Notes: generated by a model not told the origin, from the sequence alone. A DNA stretch of 44,289 nucleotides from Polaromonas sp. (GCA_031409395.1 JANNXF010000120.1:1-44289), one strand, 5' to 3'; shown: positions 10,696 through 22,079, counted from the stretch's first letter. A program made the numbers and translations.

Positions 10696-11409
10696 ATGAC
10701 CGCGCCAGCCGATTTTTCAAACGTCTTACCGACTTCCAGCCGTCCATCTGTATTGACGCATCGGGTGTCGTTGGTGGTGTTTGCGCTGCTGACGGCTGTT
10801 GGACTGCTGGCCTTGCCTCCAACAGGCTTTGCACAAGCCGTCAACCCGGCAGCCCCTTCAAGTGCGCCGCTGTCCGTCAGATCGCCCGCTTTGCCCGTCA
10901 CAGGTGCCGCAACTGTGACGCCCAAAATACCTGTTTCCAGACCCGCATGGACAGAGCTGACCCCTACGCAGCAGCAGGCGCTCAAACCTCTGGCGCTGAA
11001 CTGGGACACCATCAGCGACGCGCAAAAACGCAAATGGCTGGAAATATCCAAGAATTTCGCCTCGCTGCCCCCTGAAGGGCAAGTCACCATGCACAGCCGC
11101 ATGAATGACTGGGTCAAGCTCAGCCCCCAGGAGCGCGCCCAGGCAAGGCTTAATTTTGCCAAAACCCAAGAGCTTTCCAAAGAATTGACGCCTGAAGAGA
11201 AAAAGGCCAAGTGGGAAACCTACCAGGCCCTCAGTGCAGAAGAAAAACAGAAACTGGCGGCCAAGGCCAGCCCCAAGCCGACGGGCGCTGCAACAGCCGT
11301 CAAGCCAGTGCCACCTCAAAAATTGGCGGCTATCGCACCGCACCCGGTTGCGTCGGGTGTCAGTCCGTCTGGCAGAATCACACCCGTGACGCCAGCGCTG
11401 CAGCGCTAG
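10696..11409 (+). CDS. DUF3106-like exported protein
   Basis: Hydrophobic N-terminal segment and repeated W-x-x-L-[ST]-P-x-[QE] units. Confidence 0.75.
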   Translation: MTAPADFSNVLPTSSRPSVLTHRVSLVVFALLTAVGLLALPPTGFAQAVNPAAPSSAPLSVRSPALPVTGAATVTPKIPVSRPAWTELTPTQQQALKPLALNWDTISDAQKRKWLEISKNFASLPPEGQVTMHSRMNDWVKLSPQERAQARLNFAKTQELSKELTPEEKKAKWETYQALSAEEKQKLAAKASPKPTGAATAVKPVPPQKLAAIAPHPVASGVSPSGRITPVTPALQR

Positions 11410-11501
11410 TGCCAAACCCGTCACCGGTGCGTCCACCGGCCTGAACTCACGCATCTTGCGGGCTTTAATGCCACGCCTGGCGACAACCTGCTGCGACGAA
11501 A

Positions 11502-12014
11502 TTGACTGATTCCCCCCCACAGACACCGACACTTCTCAGGCGCATGGCCTGTTGGGTTTACGAAGGCACCCTGCTGTTTGGCGTGGTTTTCATTCCCGGC
11601 TACCTGTTTGGAACGCTCAGCCAAACCCGCAACGCGCTGGACAACCGGCACGCATTGCAGGCTTTCGAGTTTGTCGTGATCGGTATTTACTTTGTCTGGT
11701 TTTGGGCCAAAGGCCAGACCCTGGCCATGAAAACATGGCATATCCGTGTCGTGGATGTCCACGGCGCGGCCATTACCCAAAAACGCGCCCTGCTTCGCTA
11801 TCTGCTCAGCTGGCTGTGGTTTTTTCCACCGTTGGCCGCGAGTTGGCTGCTGGGTTTGCCGGGCATGCAAGGCGCCGTGCTCACCCTCGCCTGGGTGGTG
11901 GTTTGGGCGATTTTGGCGCGTTTTCATCCGCAGCGGCAGTTTTGGCACGACGCCTGGGCCGGTACGCGGCTCATCGCCTGGGTCACGCCCGCCAAGCCAA
12001 AGCGCAAGCCGTAA
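11502..12014 (+). CDS. RDD family membrane protein
   Basis: RRMACWVYE, GQTLAMKTWHIRV, QFWHDAWAGTR. Confidence 0.85.
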   Translation: MTDSPPQTPTLLRRMACWVYEGTLLFGVVFIPGYLFGTLSQTRNALDNRHALQAFEFVVIGIYFVWFWAKGQTLAMKTWHIRVVDVHGAAITQKRALLRYLLSWLWFFPPLAASWLLGLPGMQGAVLTLAWVVVWAILARFHPQRQFWHDAWAGTRLIAWVTPAKPKRKP

Positions 12015-12105
12015 CAGCACGCCCCTGGCACGGGCGGGTGCGTCGCCCAGGGTATGGCGCACACCGCAGCAGCAAACTGCCACAAAGCTGCGAGACAATG
12101 CCTGC

Positions 12106-12561
12106 ATGTCAGAACAAGCACCGATGTCAGCCCCCGGCAGCCCCTCCAAGGCCCCGCCCTCCCTTCAGGCCATGGCCGACGAACCCGTCAACGCGCAAAA
12201 ACACCGCAAGGGCCTCAACCGGGTCTGGCACGCGGCAGGCTATTCGCTGGCGGGCCTGCGTGCGGGCTGGCATGAAACGGCCTTTCGCCAGGAAGCCATC
12301 GCCTCACTGGGCCTGATTCCTGCCGCATTCTGGCTGGGCCACAGCTGGGTCGAAACCGTTTTGCTGGCCGGCACGGTGGTGCTGGTGATGATTGTCGAGT
12401 TGCTCAACACTGGCATAGAAACCGCAATCGACCGCATCGGCCCCGAGTGGCACGACCTCTCCAAACGCGCCAAGGACATGGGCAGCGCCGCCGTACTGCT
12501 CAGCCTGCTGCTGTGCGCAGGCGTTTGGGTTTCAGCCCTGTTTCAAAGGTTTTTCACATGA
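12106..12561 (+). CDS. dgkA: Diacylglycerol kinase
   Basis: YSLAGL, ETAFRQE, VELLNTGIETAIDR, AKDMGSAAV. Start 12106 chosen from GACAAT-6nt-ATG; 12124 and 12172 are alternatives. Confidence 0.9.
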   Translation: MSEQAPMSAPGSPSKAPPSLQAMADEPVNAQKHRKGLNRVWHAAGYSLAGLRAGWHETAFRQEAIASLGLIPAAFWLGHSWVETVLLAGTVVLVMIVELLNTGIETAIDRIGPEWHDLSKRAKDMGSAAVLLSLLLCAGVWVSALFQRFFT

Positions 12562-13160
12562 CGCCAGGCGCAGACAAACCGGCCTTTTCACTGTGTGTGT
12601 ATTGCGGCTCCCGGTCTGGCGCAGACCCGGTTTTTGCCGACACCGCCCGCCGCGTTGGCCGATGGATAGGCGAGCACAAGGGTCAGCTGGTTTATGGGGG
12701 CGGCCACAACGGCCTGATGGGCCTGCTGGCCGACGCCACGCTGGAGGCTGGTGGCCGCGTGGTTGGGGTGATTCCGACGGCGCTGGTTGAAAAGGAATGG
12801 GCGCACACCGGTTGCACCGAGCTGCACATTGTCGACAACATGCACGAGCGCAAACGCATCATGGCCGAGCATGCCGATGCGTTTCTGGCGCTGCCGGGCG
12901 GCATTGGCACGCTGGAGGAGTTTTTTGAGGTCTGGACCTGGCGCCAGCTGGGCTACCACGACAAACCGGTGGGTCTGCTGAACCTGAACGGCTACTACGA
13001 CCATCTGCTGGCATTTTTGCAGTCAGCTGCCACCTCCGGGTTCATGCATGAAGGGCTGATGTCGCTGGTCCGCACCGGCAGTGACACGGTGCCGCTGCTG
13101 GAGGCCCTGGTGCAGGGCGCCGGCATGACCGCCTCAAAAAACCGGCTGGACCAGATTTAA
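12558..13160 (+). CDS. LOG family protein (TIGR00730-like)
   Basis: CVYCGS, LVYGGG, MHERK, ALPGGIGTLEE; ATGA overlap with dgkA. Confidence 0.92.
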   Translation: MTPGADKPAFSLCVYCGSRSGADPVFADTARRVGRWIGEHKGQLVYGGGHNGLMGLLADATLEAGGRVVGVIPTALVEKEWAHTGCTELHIVDNMHERKRIMAEHADAFLALPGGIGTLEEFFEVWTWRQLGYHDKPVGLLNLNGYYDHLLAFLQSAATSGFMHEGLMSLVRTGSDTVPLLEALVQGAGMTASKNRLDQI

Positions 13161-13208
13161 ACCCGCTTCAGGGTGTTGGCGCAACGAAGCGGGCCGCACC
13201 GGTCTTCT

Positions 13209-15315
<2,107 letters not shown>

Positions 15316-15390
15316 GAAAAAATTGAACCCCTGAAACGCAACGGCATGGAAACGCCAGTAAAAATGTCAACGAAAGCGTTAAACATCCAC

Positions 15391-16977
15391 GTGAAAAACA
15401 AGCCAAACGATTATGTCATTCGCGTGCTGGATTCGCCGCTGGCGGTGAATGCCGCCGACTGGAACGCCCTGCTGTCGGCGCAGCGCGCGGACGGCGGCAG
15501 CAGTCCCTTCATGCGCCATGAATACCTGGCCGCCCTGCACGCCAGCGGCAGCGCCACGCCGGCCACCGGCTGGACACCCCGTTTCATCACGCTGTGGCAG
15601 GGCGACACCCTGGCCGCGGCCTGCGCGCTCTACCTGAAAGACCATTCGTACGGCGAATACGTGTTTGACCACGCCTGGGCCAACGCCTACCAGCAGCATG
15701 GACTGGATTACTACCCCAAGGCGCTGGTCGCCGTGCCCTTCACACCGGTGCCCGGCGCCCGGCTGATGGCCCGCAACGCACAGGAGCGCGTGTTACTGGT
15801 GAAGGCGCTGGTGGCGTGGTGCGACGACGAAAAACTGTCATCGCTGCACATGCTGTTTGCCAGCGACGACGACGTGGCAGCCTGCGAAGAGGCGGGACTC
15901 ATGCTGCGCCACACTGTTCAATTTCACTGGAGGAATGTGGCCCCCACGCTTGTCACTGCGTGTACTGCGCTGCCCCCCGGGGGGGCGCTGCGCCTGCGGC
16001 CCGGCGAAGCCGGTTCCGCGGCCCCTGCTGGTGAAGATGAAGCCCCCACGCTTCTCGCTTCGCTTAGTGCGCTGCCGCCCGAGGGGGCTGCTGCGCCTGC
16101 GGTCTGGCAAAGCCAGTCCCGCGGCCCAGGCTTGCCTGAAGAGGCTTCCAATTCGACCGTATCGGGCTACCATGATTTCGACGACTTCCTGATGTCGCTG
16201 AACCAGGAAAAGCGCAAGAAGATCCGCCAGGAAAGGCGCAAGGTGCTGGACGCCGGCATCACCTTCCGCTGGGCGCTGGGTAAGGACATCCGCAACGCCG
16301 ACTGGGATTTTTTCTACCGCTGCTACGAGCGCACCTACTACGAACACGGCAACGCGCCCTACCTCAGCCGCGACTTCTTTCAGCGTATGCAAGACACCAT
16401 GCCCGAGAACTGGCTGCTGTTTGTGGCCGAGCATGAGGGCCAGGCCATTGCCAGCAGTTTGATCGCCGTGAATGTGGCCCCCGGCACTGGCGCGTCCTTG
16501 CTGCCGTCCGAGGGGGCTGAGCCTGCCGGGGGCGGCCCGCCGCTGCGTTCGCCTTTGGATACGGACGGGCCAGATACCGAACCAATGCCAAAAACCCACG
16601 CGCTCACCGCCTATGGCCGCTACTGGGGCGCCCTGGCCCGGGTCGATTGCCTGCACTTTGAAGCCTGCTACTACCAGCCGCTGGCATGGTGCATTGCGCA
16701 CGGCTACCAAAGCTTTGAAGGCGGCGCCCAGGGCGAACACAAAATGGCCAGGGCCCTGCTGCCCGCCAAAACCACCAGCGCCCACTGGCTGGCGCACCCT
16801 TCTTTTGCCGATGCGGTCGAGCGCTTTCTGGCGCGTGAGGGCGCTGGCATCCATAATTACATGGAAGACCTTGAAAGGCGCAGCCCCTTCAAGGCCACCC
16901 CCACGCCAGCCGGGCCAGAGCCAGACCACCCGGCCCCCAGCGGCCGCAACACCCGCAACACGCCCAACACTCCATGA
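15391..16977 (+). CDS. GNAT/FemAB-like protein (DUF482 type) with two low-complexity insertions
   Basis: HSYGEYVFDHAWA, YYPK..AVPFTPVPG, QFHW, YGRYWG, LHFEACYYQ, FEGGAQGEHK. Start uncertain (15346, 15364 or 15391); the track's 15217 would overlap nadE. Confidence 0.88.
   Translation: MKNKPNDYVIRVLDSPLAVNAADWNALLSAQRADGGSSPFMRHEYLAALHASGSATPATGWTPRFITLWQGDTLAAACALYLKDHSYGEYVFDHAWANAYQQHGLDYYPKALVAVPFTPVPGARLMARNAQERVLLVKALVAWCDDEKLSSLHMLFASDDDVAACEEAGLMLRHTVQFHWRNVAPTLVTACTALPPGGALRLRPGEAGSAAPAGEDEAPTLLASLSALPPEGAAAPAVWQSQSRGPGLPEEASNSTVSGYHDFDDFLMSLNQEKRKKIRQERRKVLDAGITFRWALGKDIRNADWDFFYRCYERTYYEHGNAPYLSRDFFQRMQDTMPENWLLFVAEHEGQAIASSLIAVNVAPGTGASLLPSEGAEPAGGGPPLRSPLDTDGPDTEPMPKTHALTAYGRYWGALARVDCLHFEACYYQPLAWCIAHGYQSFEGGAQGEHKMARALLPAKTTSAHWLAHPSFADAVERFLAREGAGIHNYMEDLERRSPFKATPTPAGPEPDHPAPSGRNTRNTPNTP
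15940..16134 (+). repeat. Two tandem copies (102-bp period) of a GC-rich hairpin repeat (family B), in frame
   Basis: Copies at 15940 and 16042: GCCCCCACGCTT...TGCGCTGCC(C/G)CCCG(G/A)GGGGGC..CTGCGCCTGCGG...CCGCGGCCC. Confidence 0.85.
16471..16553 (+). repeat. Third, diverged family B copy, in frame
   Basis: AATGTGGCCCCC (identical to 15934-15945) ... GCTGCCGTCCGAGGGGGCTG; encodes NVAPG..LPSEGA. Confidence 0.65.
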
Positions 16978-17315
16978 GCGACGCAGCGCAACCCTACACC
17001 GTCAAAATGGTCGGCGCCGTCGGCCTGAGCACCGCCGAATGCAGCGCCGCAGAGCTGCGCTTTCGCATGGCGCTGGAGTTTGGCGTGGGCGGCCCGGCCT
17101 ATGTGGTGCCAACGCTGCAAGCCTGCATGCTGGCCCGTTCGCTGGTCGAAAACCTGTCGCCCGAAAAACTCGCCAGCGCTGACTTCGACGCCGAGCGGGA
17201 AGTCATTGCCCTGTGGGAAAACGCCGAAGACAAGGCCATCATGGCGGCCTGCAAGCCCCTGAACCGGCAAGACAAGCGCGACATGGCGCAAGCCCGGTTT
17301 GAGATCAGTGTTTGA
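16974..17315 (+). CDS. Hypothetical protein, 113 aa
   Basis: ATGA overlap with the upstream gene, host-like codon usage, no recognised motif. Confidence 0.72.
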   Translation: MSDAAQPYTVKMVGAVGLSTAECSAAELRFRMALEFGVGGPAYVVPTLQACMLARSLVENLSPEKLASADFDAEREVIALWENAEDKAIMAACKPLNRQDKRDMAQARFEISV

Positions 17316-17328
17316 AGCCGACTGGACT

Positions 17329-17383
17329 TGCTACTATTTTGATAGCTGTCTTCGCCCGTCCTTTATGGGCTTGAGGCCTATTT
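17329..17383 (+). repeat. Family A repeat, copy 3
   Basis: TGCTActattttgATAGCTGTCTTCGCCCGtcctttatGGGCttgaggcctattt. Confidence 0.82.
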
Positions 17384-17479
17384 TGTTTGATAGTTTTACC
17401 GCAACACAGACCCCAGGGCCAAGCGGCCACATCCCGTCTTTACCCCGCCATGCCAGTCATCGAGCCCCTCAGGCATTGA

Positions 17480-17723
17480 GGCCTTGAGACCGTGCGTGTG
17501 ACTGACGCGGGCGTGCACTGGCTGGCGAGGCTTGAGCCTGCGCGCGCAGTTGCCCCCTGAAACCGACGGTGGCCCGATGCGCTGGTACATGGTCCGACAA
17601 GACGTGTTTTCGATTCGCAACGCCTCGGTGGCTGACTGTGCGGACCCCATCGTCCATGAGATCAAGGTGCACCGGTCGGGTCTGCTGGATGACGAACAGG
17701 ACTTGCTCGGACCGGCAGCCTGA
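17480..17723 (+). pseudogene. Remnant of a Burkholderiales hypothetical gene with PD-(D/E)xK-like motif
   Basis: GLETVRVTDAGV in one frame joins WRGLSLRAQLP..VRQDVFSIRN..PIVHEIKVHRSGLL in another. Family identity is recalled from memory, not searched. Confidence 0.5.
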
Positions 17724-17849
17724 TGCAGGCTGGCCAGTGCCCGCCAGTCGCCAAGACGACAACGCTGTGCGTCCTCACGGCAAACCCTAGTGCGGCAGGG
17801 CCCCGTCTCGGTTAATGTCGCCTCAACGCAGACATCTGGAGACACTCCC

Positions 17850-19535
17850 ATGAAATCCCTGACCGGCCTGGACGCCACCTTTCTCTACCTCGAAACCCCT
17901 GAAATGCCCATGCATGTGGGCTCTTTCAACCTGTGCGAACTGCCGGCCGGTTTCAAGGGGAGCTTTCACAAGGCCGTCACAGCCCATCTTGGCAAACGCA
18001 TGCACCTGGCGCCGGTGTTCACCCGCAAGCTGGTGTTCATGCCCCTTGACCTGGGCCACCCGCTGTGGGTAGAGGCCGACTCGGTGGACATCGGGTTTCA
18101 TATCCGCCGCGCTGACCCCGCCTCCACGGCGTCACGGCCGATGACGCTGCTGGAAGCGCACAAGGTCTGCGCCCAGTTGCACAGCGAGCCGATTGACCGC
18201 CGCTTTCCGCTCTGGGAGTTTTACGTCTTTGACCGCATTGCGCTGCCCAAAAACCAGGGCGGGCGCACCGTGGCGGGGTTTTTCTCCAAAATCCACCACG
18301 CCGCGCTGGACGGCAAAGGCGGCGTGTTGCTGGCCAATGCACTGCTGGACCTGGGCCCGGTTCCGCGCGAGGTCCCGCCACCCGACCCGGAACGGCGGCG
18401 CAAGACCGAAGCCGACCTCAAACTGGGCAAGATGATCGGCTCGGTGTTTTCAAGCTCGCTGGGACAGCTTGCCAAGCTGGCCAAAGCCCTGCCTTCAGCC
18501 GCCAGCACCTTTGGCAGCACCCTGGCCAGACAGTCCACCGCCAGCTCGGCCACCGGCGTGCGCGCCAAAATGCCGATCAAGCTCGCGCCGCAGACCCCTT
18601 TCAATACCGGCATCACGGCGGGCCGCGTGTTTGTGACCGCCACGGTGCCGCTGGCCGAATGCAAGGCCATGGGCAAAGCCGTGGGCGGTTCGTTCAATGA
18701 CATCGTGCTGTGGCTCTGCGCCACCGCGCTGCGCAGCTACCTGACGCAGCATCACAGCCTGCCCAAAAAGTCACTGGTGGCGGCCATGCCGGTGTCGCTG
18801 CGCGAAGGCGGCGCCACAGACGCCACCAACCTGGGCAACCAGGTCAGTATGAGCCTGGTTGAGCTGGGAACGCACCTCGCGCACCCGCTCAAGCGCATGA
18901 ACGCCATCATGGCGTCAACCGCCAAGGTCAAAACCTCGATCAGCAGCCTCAAAGGCCTGCTGCCCACCGACTACCCTTCGCTGCTGGCGCCGTGGCTGGT
19001 GGGCGGTGCTGGCAAACTGGCGCTGAATGCCTATGGCAAAAGTGGCCTGGCCAGCCGCCTGCCGCTAGTGGCCAACCTGGCCATTTCCAATGTGCCCGGT
19101 TCGCCGCTGCCCCTGTATCTGGCGGGCGCCCGATTTTTAAGCTTTCACCCGCTGTCCATCATCGTGCACGGGGTGGCCCTCAACATCACGGTGCAAACAT
19201 ACGCCGGTCAGGTTGACTTCGGCATCATTGCCGACAAAAAGGCGCTGCCGCATGCCAAAGACCTGGCCAAAGCCATTGAGGCCGCGTTTGCAGAGGCACA
19301 GACCCTGCTGGGCGAGCCCGCCGCAAAAACAGCCGTTCCCCCGGTAAAAACCCGGAAAGCCGCTGTCGCAAGGGTGACGAAAACCGGGCTAAACGGGGCC
19401 GGGTTAGAGAAGTCCCTCTCTGTAAAAAGCCGCCTGCGCCCTGATACTGGTTTGGTTAAAACCCACTCTCGAACCTCCAATGCTTCAAGCCATGGCAAGC
19501 CAGTCCCCTCCGCCCGAAAAGTCACTCCGGCATGA
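17850..19535 (+). CDS. Wax ester synthase/diacylglycerol acyltransferase (WS/DGAT)
   Basis: LDATFLYLET..PMHVG, catalytic HHAALDG, GNQVS, NLAISNVPG, LNITV; ATG 17850 with GGAG SD. Confidence 0.93.
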   Translation: MKSLTGLDATFLYLETPEMPMHVGSFNLCELPAGFKGSFHKAVTAHLGKRMHLAPVFTRKLVFMPLDLGHPLWVEADSVDIGFHIRRADPASTASRPMTLLEAHKVCAQLHSEPIDRRFPLWEFYVFDRIALPKNQGGRTVAGFFSKIHHAALDGKGGVLLANALLDLGPVPREVPPPDPERRRKTEADLKLGKMIGSVFSSSLGQLAKLAKALPSAASTFGSTLARQSTASSATGVRAKMPIKLAPQTPFNTGITAGRVFVTATVPLAECKAMGKAVGGSFNDIVLWLCATALRSYLTQHHSLPKKSLVAAMPVSLREGGATDATNLGNQVSMSLVELGTHLAHPLKRMNAIMASTAKVKTSISSLKGLLPTDYPSLLAPWLVGGAGKLALNAYGKSGLASRLPLVANLAISNVPGSPLPLYLAGARFLSFHPLSIIVHGVALNITVQTYAGQVDFGIIADKKALPHAKDLAKAIEAAFAEAQTLLGEPAAKTAVPPVKTRKAAVARVTKTGLNGAGLEKSLSVKSRLRPDTGLVKTHSRTSNASSHGKPVPSARKVTPA

Positions 19536-20310
19536 TGCCCCGCCCAGCGCCTGGCTGATCGCGCTTGAGCTGCGTGCCTTTTGGGAATTTGGCGCATTGC
19601 TGCCGTCGTGGCCCCTGCTGGCGCGCGCCCCCCGGGGCGACGGCCATGCAGTGATGGTGTTTCCCGGCCTCTCGGCCAGCGACGCCTCGACCATTCCGCT
19701 GCGCCACTATCTGCAGTCGCTCAACTACAAGCCCTGGGGCTGGGAACAGGGTTTCAATTTTGGTCCGCGCGCCGGTGTGCTGGACGAAGCCAGGCGCAAC
19801 CTGACCCGCGCCTATGAATCGACCGGCCGCAAGGTCAGCCTGATCGGCTGGAGCCTGGGCGGCGTCTATGCCCGCGAACTGGCCAAAGAGCTGCCGCACA
19901 TGGTGCGCAGCGTGATCACCCTGGGCACACCATTTGCCGGCTCGCACAAATCGACCAACGCCTGGCGAATTTACGAGCTGACCAGCGGCCGCAAGATTGA
20001 GCGCGAATCTGAAAGCTACGACCTGCCCGCCGCGCCCACCGTGCCCACCACCAGCATTTACTCCCGCACCGATGGCGTGGTGGCCTGGCAGGCCAGCATT
20101 CAGGCGCCAGACACCGCCAACCCGCACACCGAAAACATTGAAGTACTGGCCAGCCATGTGGGCCTGGGGGTCAACCCCAGCGCGTGGTGGGCGGTGGCTG
20201 ACCGGCTGGCGCAGGCTGAAGGCGAGTGGAAACCCTTTGTCGGCCCAGACGAGGGGGCCAAAGCCCGGCTGCACGGGCTGCTTTACCCCAACCCCGGGCG
20301 GCAAAACTGA
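19492..20310 (+). CDS. Alpha/beta hydrolase (lipase/esterase-like)
   Basis: VFPGL, IGWSLGG nucleophile elbow, ITLGTP, YSRTDGVV, SHVGL. Overlaps the WS/DGAT end; start 19480 or 19492. Confidence 0.9.
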   Translation: MASQSPPPEKSLRHDAPPSAWLIALELRAFWEFGALLPSWPLLARAPRGDGHAVMVFPGLSASDASTIPLRHYLQSLNYKPWGWEQGFNFGPRAGVLDEARRNLTRAYESTGRKVSLIGWSLGGVYARELAKELPHMVRSVITLGTPFAGSHKSTNAWRIYELTSGRKIERESESYDLPAAPTVPTTSIYSRTDGVVAWQASIQAPDTANPHTENIEVLASHVGLGVNPSAWWAVADRLAQAEGEWKPFVGPDEGAKARLHGLLYPNPGRQN

Positions 20311-20325
20311 GCCCGTCGCAGCCAT

Positions 20326-20364
20326 AAAAAAGCGCCTCCAGTGTTAACTCGAGGCGTTTTTTTT
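20326..20364. terminator. Intrinsic terminator (bidirectional shape)
   Basis: AAAAAAGCGCCTC-cagtgttaactc-GAGGCGTTTTTTTT. Confidence 0.8.
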
Positions 20365-20395
20365 GCCACTCTCCGGAGCACACCGGCTGGCCAAA

Positions 20396-20450
20396 TGCTA
20401 TGCTTTTTATAGCTGCTTGCGCCCGTTTTTATTGGGCTGGAGCCTCAAAA
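20396..20450 (+). repeat. Family A repeat, copy 4
   Basis: TGCTATgctttttATAGCTGCTTGCGCCCGtttttattGGGCtggagcctcaaaa. Confidence 0.87.
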
Positions 20451-20510
20451 CGCTTAAGCTACCAGCCACAGACCACAGGCACAGCCACTCGGGGAATCGA
20501 CAAAAGCGAT

Positions 20511-20668
20511 TCAGGCTTGGGCGGCTTTTTCGTCGTTGGCAATGCCGTCCCTGATTTCCTTTTTGGCCGCCTCCGGGCCTTCCCAGCCCATGACCTTGAC
20601 CCATTTGCCTTCTTCGAGGTCTTTGTAGCGCTCGAAAAAGTGCGCAGCGGGTTCATGTCTTCGGGCTT
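20511..20668 (-). pseudogene. ppa: Displaced, frameshifted duplicate of the ppa 3' end
   Basis: 20535-20668 aligns to 23359-23508 with 7 substitutions and a 16-nt deletion; ends [15 protein letters not shown]. Confidence 0.92.
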
Positions 20669-20712
20669 CTTTTCAGAGGCAGCAGCGCAAGCGATTTTGC
20701 GACTGAACGCGT

Positions 20713-21000
20713 CTATCCAAGTCCGCGATCAAGCAGCATCTTGAAAATCAAGCCGCCAAAGGAATGACCGAGCAAGATCGGGGCGACGGGCAATACCCTG
20801 ATGTGCTGCTAGAAATGACCAACCAGCGCCTTGATCGTGAGCCCTGCGAGAGCCGGGTCGGGGCTATCGCGCAGATCTGCAACGGGTCGCGCCATGAAGG
20901 GCCGGGCAGGTGCCACGCAGCGGTAGCCACGCGCTTCAAAATACGCGTGAAAGTTGCTCCGGCAATCGGGTGTGGCCCATGCACCGTGGACAAACAGCAT
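20713..21000 (-). pseudogene. Truncated alpha/beta hydrolase pseudogene
   Basis: MLFVHGAW...LVGHF, in-frame TAG, then QHIRVLPVAPILLGHSFGGLIFKMLLDRGLG and a second TAG; C-terminal half absent. Confidence 0.82.
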
Positions 21001-21110
21001 GGTTTTTACCAGGGCAGGCGTTTTTTCAAGATTTGATGAGCGCTGAAGACATCAGGTTTCAGTCACTTTGGCCAATACGTCCTGAGCAATATCTCCAGCA
21101 ACATTTGAGA

Positions 21111-22079
21111 CTATTTCGTACGTACGAGTAACCACGCAATGACATCAGCCGAGATCTGATCGCGTTCGGGTTCGTTGAGCATGTCGTGGTAGACACCCGT
21201 ATACGACTTCAAGGTCTTGTCGCTACTTGCCGCTGCCTGAACGAGCGCTTGACTGCCTTCGATGGGATTAACGCTGTCCCCTGTACCGTACATCACTAAA
21301 AGCGGCAGCTTCAACTGTTCCATGCGCTGCTGCACATCGGCAATTGCACCCAGTGATGCCGCGGCCGTTGCTGCTGGCAGTTTGTCGCGGCTGATGAGCG
21401 AGTCGGTCGCCAGGGCGGCCATAACGCTTTTGTCCTTGGAAAACTCACTGTCATCGACTTGAACCACTTTCAAACCCGGTGCCACGGACGCCACAACGCG
21501 CGCAATGGCGGCACTGAAGCCCGATACGCTATGGGGCCGCTTCAATGCCGCACCACTCAGAATTACACCGCTCAATTTATCCGCATGATCCAAAGCATAT
21601 GCCGTGGTGATCAAACCACCAAGACTGTGACCGTATAGATAGACCGGCAAGTTGGGGTGGCGCAGCTTGGCTTCATTGACGATCATGTCGATGTCTTCCA
21701 CCATGCGTGCCATGGAATCAAAACGCTGGCGGTCTCCACCTGAGTGGGCGTGGCCGCGCAAGTCTTGTGCAAACACGGCAAATCCTTGTTTCGTCAGTTG
21801 ATCTGCAAAGCGTTGGTAGCGAAGCGCATAGTCCCGGATACCGTGGGTGATCACCACCACGCCGCGCACGGGGCTTTGCATGGGTTGCCATGCAAAAAAG
21901 CGCAAACACACCCCGTCAGTTGCCGCGAGGGTTTTAGTGGTGAAGGCGGTTGTTCTGATGCTGGGCTTGACGTCCGCGCAGTCATTTGATGCATGAGCCA
22001 CGCTGGCCAGGCTGAAGACTGCAGTTGCCAGGTAAATTTTGACAATGGCACGGATACTGACGTTCAATAGGGTGTTCAT
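21111..22079 (-). CDS. Exported lysophospholipase/monoacylglycerol lipase-like hydrolase
   Basis: Signal-like N-terminus (AHA), ITHG, DLRGH, YGHSLGG, GTGD, YHDMLNEPER. Confidence 0.88.
   Translation of the reverse strand: MNTLLNVSIRAIVKIYLATAVFSLASVAHASNDCADVKPSIRTTAFTTKTLAATDGVCLRFFAWQPMQSPVRGVVVITHGIRDYALRYQRFADQLTKQGFAVFAQDLRGHAHSGGDRQRFDSMARMVEDIDMIVNEAKLRHPNLPVYLYGHSLGGLITTAYALDHADKLSGVILSGAALKRPHSVSGFSAAIARVVASVAPGLKVVQVDDSEFSKDKSVMAALATDSLISRDKLPAATAAASLGAIADVQQRMEQLKLPLLVMYGTGDSVNPIEGSQALVQAAASSDKTLKSYTGVYHDMLNEPERDQISADVIAWLLVRTK

Noticed and set aside
15940-16134. CRISPR array or intein in the FemAB-like gene
   Set aside because: Two long degenerate units with no unique spacers and no cas genes; the insert lacks intein termini (C/S start, HN end).
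20400-21131. Plus-strand ORFs 20400-20744, 20764-21036 and 20910-21131
   Set aside because: They are antisense to the ppa remnant and hydrolase pseudogene and have no protein motifs.
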